From the NCBI GenBank assembly GCA_963662315.1, contig OY759353.1:544001-608000 (forward strand): a DNA stretch of 64,000 bases, in the 5' to 3' direction. Position numbers and translations under genes: made by a program. The notes beneath the pieces are model-generated. The model had not been told where the DNA came from. It did not search any database and saw only the letters and a list, made by a program, of their open reading frames with translations. Of this stretch, positions 52,334 to 60,993 are shown piece after piece (the first letter of the stretch is position 1; the number at the start of each line of letters is the position of its first letter). Source of the DNA: Geopsychrobacteraceae bacterium. Lineage in GTDB: Bacteria; Desulfobacterota; Desulfuromonadia; Desulfuromonadales; Geopsychrobacteraceae.

Positions 52334-53428
52334 ATGAATATTAAGGTTGCATTGGTCGGGTGTGGTCAAATCGCCGACGGACATGCCGGAGAAATTGCTA
52401 AAATAAATGGTGCCGAATTAGTTGCCGTCTGTGATCTCGAGCCAATTATGGCTGAACAGTTGGCTTTACGCTTTGGCATTAAGTCACATTATTGTGATTA
52501 TAAAAAAATGCTTCAAAATGAAAAACCTGATGTTGTACATATTTGTACGCCGCCAAGTTCTCATTTGTCTCTTGTCAAACTGGCTGTTGATGCAGGTTGT
52601 CATGTGTACGTCGAAAAGCCTTTGGCTCTCAACTATGCAGACTCTGTGGAATTGATCGATTGTGTTGAGGCCGCTGGGCTGAAGATAACAATAGGGCATA
52701 ACAGTGAATTTGATCCACCAGCTCTGGAAATGAGAGAATTGATTTCCAAGGGTGTTTTAGGCGATCCCGTCCATGTTGAAAGCTGGTTTGGATACAACCT
52801 ATCCGGTCCTTTTGGACAAGCTATACTCGGCAGCCCCGAGCATTGGGTTCATCGATTGCCCGGTAAATTGTTCCAGAACAATTTGAATCATTTATTGAAC
52901 AAGATTACCGAGTTTATTGTCGAGGATAAACCTGAAGTTATAGCGAAAGCATGGCGAAGTGATCCTTCTGTTCATTACGGGGATGTTCGGGATGATCTCT
53001 TTGACGAACTTCGTGTAATGATTAGAGGTAATGGGGTTTCGGCATACGGGACATTTACTTCAAACGTAAAGCCTGTTGCTCAATTTGTTCGTGTTTACGG
53101 AACTAAAAATATTATTGAGATGGATATTAACTCAAGGACGTGCATCGTGGATAGGGGGGTGACTCTGCCCAGTGCTATCGGACGTCTGGCCGCGGGTTTT
53201 AGTAAAGGTAAGGCTTACCGAAAATCTTCTTGGAAAAGCATTAAGAAATTCTTGAAGAATGATTACCATTATTTTGCCGGTATGAACTATTTGATCCATG
53301 CCTTTTATGAAAGTATCTCCAATGACGGTCCTTTGCCTATCTCAACTCATAGCATGTTGAGGATTGCCTGGATTATGGATGAAATTTTTTCACAAATTTA
53401 TCCTCAGGTTCAAGGAGAAAGACAATGA
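52334..53428 (+). CDS. Gfo/Idh/MocA oxidoreductase
   Basis: VGCGQIA, ICTPPSSH, YVEKP. Confidence 0.9.
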   Translation: MNIKVALVGCGQIADGHAGEIAKINGAELVAVCDLEPIMAEQLALRFGIKSHYCDYKKMLQNEKPDVVHICTPPSSHLSLVKLAVDAGCHVYVEKPLALNYADSVELIDCVEAAGLKITIGHNSEFDPPALEMRELISKGVLGDPVHVESWFGYNLSGPFGQAILGSPEHWVHRLPGKLFQNNLNHLLNKITEFIVEDKPEVIAKAWRSDPSVHYGDVRDDLFDELRVMIRGNGVSAYGTFTSNVKPVAQFVRVYGTKNIIEMDINSRTCIVDRGVTLPSAIGRLAAGFSKGKAYRKSSWKSIKKFLKNDYHYFAGMNYLIHAFYESISNDGPLPISTHSMLRIAWIMDEIFSQIYPQVQGERQ

Positions 53429-54435
53429 AAGTTCTTATTACCGGTGGCAATGGTTTTCTTGGGCTTGCAGTTGTAAAGAAGACTCTTGAGTTGACGGATT
53501 ATCAAATTAAATGTTTTATACGCTCCTCAAAAAACTTAAACGAACTTAACCAGCTGCAAATACAGTATTCTGATCGGCTTGAAATTCAGCGTGGATCTTT
53601 GCTGAATGATCAAAATTGTGCAGATGCTGTGTGTGATGTCGATATGATCTATCATCTTGCGGCTGCCACTGGCGGTGCCCCTGCTGAGATGTTTTTAAAT
53701 AGTTCGGTTGCGACTGATCATTTATTGAAAGCGGTTATCAGCAGTGGAAGGGATATTAAAGTTGTCTTTTGCAGTTCGTTTTCGGTCTATGGAACTGCCA
53801 ACCTGCCGAATAACAGTATTATCGATGAGAATACGTGTCTTGAGGCTGAGCCCCTTAAACGAGATGCGTATTCCTTAACGAAATTATATCAGGAAAAACT
53901 AGTCCGCGAATATTTTGAGCGTTTTCATCTCCCTGTCGCTGTCATAAGGCCAGGTGTAATATATGGTCCAGGATTGACTGGAATATCAGGGCGGGTCGGA
54001 TTGAATTTGTTTGGGTTGTTTTTACATCTGGGTGGAAAAAACCTATTGCCACTGACTTATGTTGATAACTGCGCCGATGCGTTTGTTTGTGTTTCAAAGG
54101 GGGCTGATTTTCAGTTTGATGTATATAACGCTGTAGATGATGACTTGATGACATCCAGAGAATTTCTCCGCGCATATAAGAAGACTGTTCGTAAGGTTTT
54201 CAGTCTGCCTATTAATTATCATGTGATGATATTTTTGTCCTGGCTGTGCGAGAAATACCATTCATATTCAAATGGCCAATTGCCAGATGTTTTTACTCGT
54301 TATAAGACAGCTTCGATCTGGAAAGGCCGACAATACACTAACGTAAAATTGAAGTCGATCGGTTGGACTTGCCGTGTCTCTACAAAAACGGGTTTAAAAA
54401 ACTATCTCACATATATGAAAGATAACCTGGCTTGA
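53425..54435 (+). CDS. NAD-dependent epimerase/dehydratase (extended SDR)
   Basis: TGGNGFLG, HLAA, SSFSVY, YSLTK (YxxxK), RPGVIYG. Confidence 0.9.
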   Translation: MKVLITGGNGFLGLAVVKKTLELTDYQIKCFIRSSKNLNELNQLQIQYSDRLEIQRGSLLNDQNCADAVCDVDMIYHLAAATGGAPAEMFLNSSVATDHLLKAVISSGRDIKVVFCSSFSVYGTANLPNNSIIDENTCLEAEPLKRDAYSLTKLYQEKLVREYFERFHLPVAVIRPGVIYGPGLTGISGRVGLNLFGLFLHLGGKNLLPLTYVDNCADAFVCVSKGADFQFDVYNAVDDDLMTSREFLRAYKKTVRKVFSLPINYHVMIFLSWLCEKYHSYSNGQLPDVFTRYKTASIWKGRQYTNVKLKSIGWTCRVSTKTGLKNYLTYMKDNLA

Positions 54436-54464
54436 TTTGCCGCTTCACTGACTGAGGGTGTCCT

Positions 54465-54974
54465 ATGATTATTGAAGATGTTCAGGCGAAGGCACAGTGG
54501 CTATATGGTAACAATAGTATTGCGTATCAATTGCGAGCCTGGCTCAGTGATGCCACCTTATGTATGGTGCTCTACCGTTCAATGTCTTTCTGTCAGCGAT
54601 ATCAATTATTGAAACCCGTTGCTTTTTTTCTACACAAATTAAATGCAATTTTATGTGGTTGTGTTATCGGCGTTAATGCTCGTTTTGGCAAACGCTTTAT
54701 TGTCTTGCATAGTGTCGGGGTAGTTATTAACTCTGCTGTCGTCGGTGGTGATGATATCGTATTGGAAAGTGGTGTTGTTATTGGCGCAGAAAAGGGTAAG
54801 AGTCCAACCCTTGGAAACAATATATTTGTAGGATCCGGAGCTAAAATTGTTGGTGGTCTTACGGTCGGAAGCAATTCAATAGTAGGGGCCAATGCCGTCG
54901 TAGTCAAAAGCGTATCTGATAACGAGGTGGTTGGTGGTGTTCCTGCAAAGTTTATAAAGGGGGTTACGATATGA
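54465..54974 (+). CDS. Serine acetyltransferase-like (WcaB/CysE-type) acyltransferase
   Basis: LHSVGVVIN, GSGAKIVG, GANAVV, GVPAK. Confidence 0.85.
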   Translation: MIIEDVQAKAQWLYGNNSIAYQLRAWLSDATLCMVLYRSMSFCQRYQLLKPVAFFLHKLNAILCGCVIGVNARFGKRFIVLHSVGVVINSAVVGGDDIVLESGVVIGAEKGKSPTLGNNIFVGSGAKIVGGLTVGSNSIVGANAVVVKSVSDNEVVGGVPAKFIKGVTI

Positions 54975-56257
54975 AAAAAGCCCTTTTTGTCAGTTATGTA
55001 TTTCCGCCAATTGGCGGTGCAGGTGTTCAGCGTATTATTAAGTTTGTTAAATATCTGCCCTCCTTTGGGTGGACACCTGTTGTAGTGACCGTTGCAAATC
55101 CTTCGGTTCCTATACTCGATAATTCTTTTGAGAAGGACATCCCTGAAGGTATTGAAATTATAAAAACAAAGACACTAGAGCCTTCCTATCAGGTGAAAAT
55201 TGCCACCAATTCATCTCAAATTGTTAATCGCTCAGTCATTGGTGTTCTAAAGAGCTATCTTAAAAAACTGGCCCGTTTAATTCTTCTCCCCGACCCTCAG
55301 GTTTTGTGGTGGCCTTTCACTATTGTGAAACTTTATCAATATCTAAGGTGCAATAAAGTTGATGTGATTTTCTCTTCCGGACCGCCTTTTTCAACGCTTG
55401 TCATGGCGGTTTTTATAGGGAAACGGTTTCATATTCCAGTTGTGACAGATTTTAGGGATGAGTGGTCATTCTCAAGGAACAACTGGGAAAATTTACCCAA
55501 GTTCAATTTTATTAAGATGATCGATTCTAAACTTGAGAAATACGTTATTACAAACTCTGATGTCGTGACAGTTGCTTCGCCGGGTTATCAAAAAGCATTT
55601 AATCAAAAATATCCAGGGAAGGAGATATGTACAATAACAAATGGTTTTGATTGGGATGATTTTACTGAATTTCAAAAATCAGGTTGTGAGCGTGAGACTG
55701 GAGCAATTAACATTGTTTATGCCGGTACCGTCTGGAGCGCAACGTCACTGCGACCTTTTGTCGCTGGATTAGAAAGGGCCTTGGCGGGGAATCCGCATTT
55801 GCAGACAGCGGTGAAATTTACAGTTATTGGCCGGATTGTTCCTGAAGAAGAAGAGTATCTTATTAATTTTCCGTATCAGGATGTTGTTCAATTGGTAGGG
55901 TATATTGACCATACGGAGGTTATTGATTGGCTGAAACGCGCAGATATTCTCATCCTGTCATTGTCGGCAAGTGTTGGGGCGGATAAGATTATTCCAGGTA
56001 AAATATTTGAATATATGGTGTCAAGGGCCGCAGTTCTAGCCATAGTTCCTGATGGTGAATGTGCATCGATTGCAAATAGTATAACCGGTTTTTATGTCGT
56101 GGATCCTAATGATATTGTCGCAATTACGGAGCAGATAATCTCTTTGTGTGATGCTGCTTTTGAAGTCGGGTTGACCGAAAAATCTGGAATTGAAAACTTT
56201 GACAGAAGAGTCCTGACCAGCAAGCTTGCTAATACTTTTAACGGGTTGAAATCCTAA
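54971..56257 (+). CDS. Glycosyltransferase family 4
   Basis: YVFPPIGGAGVQR, SGPPFS, DFRDEW, TNGFD, PGKIFEY. Confidence 0.9.
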   Translation: MKKALFVSYVFPPIGGAGVQRIIKFVKYLPSFGWTPVVVTVANPSVPILDNSFEKDIPEGIEIIKTKTLEPSYQVKIATNSSQIVNRSVIGVLKSYLKKLARLILLPDPQVLWWPFTIVKLYQYLRCNKVDVIFSSGPPFSTLVMAVFIGKRFHIPVVTDFRDEWSFSRNNWENLPKFNFIKMIDSKLEKYVITNSDVVTVASPGYQKAFNQKYPGKEICTITNGFDWDDFTEFQKSGCERETGAINIVYAGTVWSATSLRPFVAGLERALAGNPHLQTAVKFTVIGRIVPEEEEYLINFPYQDVVQLVGYIDHTEVIDWLKRADILILSLSASVGADKIIPGKIFEYMVSRAAVLAIVPDGECASIANSITGFYVVDPNDIVAITEQIISLCDAAFEVGLTEKSGIENFDRRVLTSKLANTFNGLKS

Positions 56258-56339
56258 TGTTAGAAGTATTGATAGTTATTAATGTTGGTTGTAAGCTTGA
56301 AAATAGATAAAAGCGTCAATATGAGAACGGAGTAATTAA

Positions 56340-58742
56340 ATGAAAAGTATCAGCATTGCGAAAGTAGTCCTCTTTTGTCTGTGTGTCTTTTGTCCTCTTT
56401 CTGTTTCCGCATATGGTCCCCCAGACTATCTTCCTGATGGGGCCCATCCACGGATTTGGTTGACTTCAACCATGCTATCTGAGCTTGATGCTATTCAGGA
56501 AAGTAACGGGGCTTTGTGGTCCGAACTGGAAAAATGGTGTGATACTCATCTTGGAGATAAAGGCTATGATTTAGGGCTTGCTCAGCAGCCAAAATGGGAT
56601 AGAAGCATAACCTCAGGTTCGGATTATATTGGTGGATATCGTATGTCAGGGTATCGTCAATATATTCTGTCGTTTGCTCTTGCGGCTAAACTGCTTGAAG
56701 ACGATAACCCGGCAAAGGCTCAATCCTATTTTGATTATGTAAGGGCAATTATCATCAATGGCATTGCAGGTTCTATGAGTGCTGGGGACGAGGCCAACAA
56801 TGGCCTTCAGGCAATTAGAAATGGGGAAAGCAGTTACGACAGCACCACCAATAATAGTGAGGCTGCTGCACTTGGCCTTTCAAGTACATATAGCTATAAA
56901 CTGGGATATCCTGCTCGTAACGTATACCCTGTAGCATTGGCATATGATTGGCTTTACGATTATTGGTCGGATTCTGATAGGAAAATTATCCGCAATATGC
57001 TTTTCCGCTGGTATGACTGGATGAGGGGAGTCAGATCAGAATTTAATAATGGTGTACTTGTTGGGACAACTCGTTATTACGAGGATACCGATGGTGATTG
57101 TACGGGCAATAATGTTTGTACCTCAGCATCTGGGGATGCACAAAAAGCGTATGCGTACGAAAGTGAAGGAAATAATTTTTTCGGTGGCGAGCTTGCTTTC
57201 CAAATTATGGCTGTAATGGCTACATATGGAGATGACGCCTATGCTGCCACACTATTGTCAGATTTAGTTTCAGACCCATTAAAAAGGGCTGCTGATGCCT
57301 ATACTAGCGATCTTCGCCTTTCAGGTGGTGATTCTTCTGAAGGCGCGAGTTACTATGGTGGCTATGAGTTTTCTGCTCGGGGGGTGCTTGCATACGCTAC
57401 CGCCACAGGTAATGATTTATCGGATTTTGGCAATTGGCCTCTTGAACTGTTAAGCAATAATATACAGCGCCTTTATCCTGATTTGACTCAAATACCTATA
57501 TGGGGAGATACGAACTCAAATAGTTTAGGTTTCAATCTAGGTTACATTCTTGGACCTTTTTATGGCATTAATGCGCAGCTGAATCCCTCTAACGCATATA
57601 CCGGTGTAGCAAAATACTTGCTTGAAAATGGCTATACTCAGCGCGCAATGAATGCTGAGGAAAACCTGCTCTGGCTGTATAAACAACCAACATCAAAAGT
57701 ACAGAGTCCAGACGCTGCAGGCCTTGCTACATTCTATCATGCTGCAGGAACTGGTTTGATTACAATGCGTTCAGGATGGTCAAATCAAAATACCGATGTG
57801 TTTGGTGCGATCAGGATCGAGGCAAAACGTGAAGCGGCGCACGAAAACTATGATGATGGCGGGTTCTATATTGCGCGTGGTGATGATCCTTTAATTGGGC
57901 GAATAACCTACGACGACCGTAGCAAAATGACATCTACAATTGTTTTTGCCGATCAGGAATATAACTCACCAGATCCAGATAGTATAAAGGATACTGCAAT
58001 TGATAGAGCTATAAATGCAGCCGATTATGCATATGCGAGTGGTCACATAACAACACCAACAAGTGGTTCGCTTTATCAATATACAAATAAGGCTGAACTG
58101 TTTAAACGTTCTATGCTTTATGTCCGACCAAACATTTTTATTATCTACGATGTGACAAAAAGCCATGAATCCCGTCCTGATACAAAAGCGTGGTACGTAC
58201 AATTTTATGGTGAGCCAACAATAACAGGTACAACCAGTTCATACACCTCTGGTGATTCATCCGTTTATGTGAATGCGCTTTATCCTTCGGGCATATTATC
58301 AAAAGAGGAGCAGGTCTCCTCCTATACCCCTAAAAGTTGGTGGAATACGCATCTCTCTGTTGAGGGAAATCAGTACGATCAATTTTTACACGTCATTCAG
58401 GTCACGGAATCGGGAGTTAAACAAACGACCCAATCCTTAATTGCAGGGGAGAAGACGCGAGGGGCGTTGATAGGATCTATTGTTGCGATGTTTTCTTCGG
58501 ATGAAGAAGGTGCAGATATAACTGGTGGCGCCAGTTATACCGCCGACGCAACAATCCATTACCTTTGTGATTTGCCGCCGTATGCTAAGGTCATTGTTAG
58601 TCGCAATGGCGTTGAGTTGGGGGTTTTTAGCTCTGGTAAAGTTGGCGTTATCAGCTTTTCAAGTGATCCGGGTACCGCTTTATATACGATTGAAGTTTCT
58701 GGTGGAGGAAACGTCATCCCACCTGTTCTTAGAATTAATTAG
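56340..58742 (+). CDS. Secreted heparinase II/III-like polysaccharide lyase
   Basis: Signal peptide (..SVSA), HPRIWLT, EGASYY, GTGLITMRSGW, AHENYDDGGF, IFIIYD, DQFLHVI. Confidence 0.65.
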   Translation: MKSISIAKVVLFCLCVFCPLSVSAYGPPDYLPDGAHPRIWLTSTMLSELDAIQESNGALWSELEKWCDTHLGDKGYDLGLAQQPKWDRSITSGSDYIGGYRMSGYRQYILSFALAAKLLEDDNPAKAQSYFDYVRAIIINGIAGSMSAGDEANNGLQAIRNGESSYDSTTNNSEAAALGLSSTYSYKLGYPARNVYPVALAYDWLYDYWSDSDRKIIRNMLFRWYDWMRGVRSEFNNGVLVGTTRYYEDTDGDCTGNNVCTSASGDAQKAYAYESEGNNFFGGELAFQIMAVMATYGDDAYAATLLSDLVSDPLKRAADAYTSDLRLSGGDSSEGASYYGGYEFSARGVLAYATATGNDLSDFGNWPLELLSNNIQRLYPDLTQIPIWGDTNSNSLGFNLGYILGPFYGINAQLNPSNAYTGVAKYLLENGYTQRAMNAEENLLWLYKQPTSKVQSPDAAGLATFYHAAGTGLITMRSGWSNQNTDVFGAIRIEAKREAAHENYDDGGFYIARGDDPLIGRITYDDRSKMTSTIVFADQEYNSPDPDSIKDTAIDRAINAADYAYASGHITTPTSGSLYQYTNKAELFKRSMLYVRPNIFIIYDVTKSHESRPDTKAWYVQFYGEPTITGTTSSYTSGDSSVYVNALYPSGILSKEEQVSSYTPKSWWNTHLSVEGNQYDQFLHVIQVTESGVKQTTQSLIAGEKTRGALIGSIVAMFSSDEEGADITGGASYTADATIHYLCDLPPYAKVIVSRNGVELGVFSSGKVGVISFSSDPGTALYTIEVSGGGNVIPPVLRIN

Positions 58743-58756
58743 ATCTCTTTTAAGAG

Positions 58757-58787
58757 GAGGCCTTTTGTCATAAAAGGCCTCTTTTTT
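58757..58787 (+). terminator. Intrinsic terminator inside the EPS locus
   Basis: GAGGCCTTTT-gtcat-AAAAGGCCTC followed by T6. Confidence 0.8.
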
Positions 58788-58800
58788 GTATGGCGATAAA

Positions 58801-59784
58801 ATGAAATATTTTATTAAAAAACATATTTTTAAGTACTCAGGATATTTAGATTATAAATTGAAAAGATTATCGCCAGGGCTCTATGTGTTCAATTATCATC
58901 GAGTAGGTGAAATTGATCACAATGATTTTGATGATAATGTTTTTTCCTGTGATGCTGCTATGTTTAGGCGGCAGGTTGGTTTTATTAAAGAGAACTTTGA
59001 GCTTATTAATATTCCTACCCTTGTTAATTTGCTTAATAGTAATGCTGTGCTGGAGAGGCCCTTAGGGTTAATTACTTTTGATGATGGGTATATAGACAAT
59101 TATGAAGTTGCTTTTCCTATATTAAAGGAATGGTCGGCTTCTGCAGTTTTTTTCCTTCCAACATCTTATATTAATAGTAATATTATCCCGTGGTGGGATG
59201 AGATTGCATGGATGGTCAAGAATACAAATAAGAAGCAAGTTTCTTTTCTTGATGGGAGTCCAGATATTTCTATCGATAGAGGGAATATATCTCAAACGAT
59301 CAGAGATGTCTTACGCCATGTTAAAAGTAATACTAATACGACTATTTTTGAAAAAATCAATAGTTTGCGCAATTCTCTTGATTGTATATTGCCAGAGCAG
59401 AAAGCCCAATCCTTGTTTATGTCGTGGGATCAAGTTTTAGAGATGAAAAATTCTGGAATGGATATTGGTTCACATACTCACAGCCACTGTCTTCTTTCTC
59501 ATTTAACCTGTGAGGAGCAATTGGATGAACTTGTTCATTCGAAGAAAATTCTTGAATCTCAATTATCTGATGCTGTAGCTAGTATCGCTTATCCTGTAGG
59601 GAAGAGTCATACTTATACCAATGATACAATTAAAATGTGTCAACAAGCAGGATATGATGTGGCTTTTAATTTTATTCATGGATTCAATTTATCTGTCAGT
59701 AATAAGCCTTACGATTTAAATCGATTGGCAATGGATGGAAATCAAGACGAGGATGATATTAAGCTTGTTCTGGCGTCGCTTTAA
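58801..59784 (+). CDS. Polysaccharide deacetylase (CE4)
   Basis: NYHRV, ITFDDGYIDN, GSHTHSH, AYPVG. Confidence 0.9.
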   Translation: MKYFIKKHIFKYSGYLDYKLKRLSPGLYVFNYHRVGEIDHNDFDDNVFSCDAAMFRRQVGFIKENFELINIPTLVNLLNSNAVLERPLGLITFDDGYIDNYEVAFPILKEWSASAVFFLPTSYINSNIIPWWDEIAWMVKNTNKKQVSFLDGSPDISIDRGNISQTIRDVLRHVKSNTNTTIFEKINSLRNSLDCILPEQKAQSLFMSWDQVLEMKNSGMDIGSHTHSHCLLSHLTCEEQLDELVHSKKILESQLSDAVASIAYPVGKSHTYTNDTIKMCQQAGYDVAFNFIHGFNLSVSNKPYDLNRLAMDGNQDEDDIKLVLASL

Positions 59785-59803
59785 GAAATTGTAAGGTTAT
59801 TAT

Positions 59804-60940
59804 ATGTTATCTGGATTTTCCTCTTTTAATAACAGACTAGTGATTTTAGGAAGTAGTGTAACTGCGTTGGCTGTAGTCCGCGACGCTTATCGCCTTAAGA
59901 TGTCTCCATTAGTTTTTGACACCGTGTCTGGTATTGCTAGTTCCTCACGTTTGGCTACATCACTAATTGTTTCTGCACCGACAGAGGTCTTCCCACTTCT
60001 AAAGAAGCATGCAGAGGTTCATAAATTATGGCTACTGGCAACAAGTGACTTTTGGATAAAGTTCATAGTTGATAATAGGGGACAACTTGATGAGCTATGC
60101 GAGAAGATACTTCATGCATCTGATGAAATATTAGAGATTTGTCTGGGAAAACAAAAATTTTCATCGTTTTGTCTGCAGAACAATATACCCGTTCCTCAAT
60201 TATACACTCGGTTAGATATTGAGAATGGGACACCAGAAACCTTCTCCTATCCCTTGTTGATCCGGCCTGCTGAAACCCATAGTAGTAAAAAATTAGTGCC
60301 TAAAGCTATTGAGGCTTATGACTATAAGCAATTGTTAAATACAATAGCGCAATATGATGCTGTTGGGGTTGAACCAATTATCACTCAATCATTATTGGGC
60401 AAAAATTTAATTCAAATTTCTGTTGGGGTCTCGCGAAATAAGCGAGATTCCAATGTATACGCAGCACAAAAAATTCGACCACTTCCTGAGGCTTGTAGTG
60501 TTGGTAGTTTTGTTGAGGTCATTGATGATGCCGAAGCTTTGCAGGTTGCCACTCGTTTTTTTGATGTCATTGATTACTATGGGATTGGCGAGCTTGAAAT
60601 ATTGAAAGATTTAGACACTAACCAATATTATGTGATTGAAATGAATGCCAGGCCCTGGGTCCAATATTCATTAGGTCCATATATTGGTTGCCCATTGCTT
60701 GGACTATTTGTTAATGGGGAAAAGCAAACAACGCTATCCAGCAAGACGGCTGCATGGATAGATTTTCTGTCAGATGCCTATTGTTGTTTTTCCAGAACAA
60801 TTGGGTGTGTTCGCTTGGGGAAAATTAGTATTTTCCAGTGGGCTAAAAGTTTGTTTCATGTGAAGAGGTGTGCATATCTCTGTCTGCTGGACCCATATCC
60901 CGGTATCCTAAACTTTTTAAAGTTTTTTTATAGAAAATAA
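59804..60940 (+). CDS. ATP-grasp carboxylate-amine ligase (D-aspartate-ligase-like)
   Basis: K..F..FC..NNIPVP, YPLLIRP, IGELE, YVIEMNARPW. Confidence 0.75.
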   Translation: MLSGFSSFNNRLVILGSSVTALAVVRDAYRLKMSPLVFDTVSGIASSSRLATSLIVSAPTEVFPLLKKHAEVHKLWLLATSDFWIKFIVDNRGQLDELCEKILHASDEILEICLGKQKFSSFCLQNNIPVPQLYTRLDIENGTPETFSYPLLIRPAETHSSKKLVPKAIEAYDYKQLLNTIAQYDAVGVEPIITQSLLGKNLIQISVGVSRNKRDSNVYAAQKIRPLPEACSVGSFVEVIDDAEALQVATRFFDVIDYYGIGELEILKDLDTNQYYVIEMNARPWVQYSLGPYIGCPLLGLFVNGEKQTTLSSKTAAWIDFLSDAYCCFSRTIGCVRLGKISIFQWAKSLFHVKRCAYLCLLDPYPGILNFLKFFYRK

Positions 60941-60993
60941 TATCTGTAATAAGGTGTCGTTGGGTTTGATGTGTCAGTGATTCAGGATGCTTC

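Noticed and set aside
60941..60993. Start of an EPS gene disrupted by IS3
   Set aside because: Too short to support; no convincing RBS/start pair.
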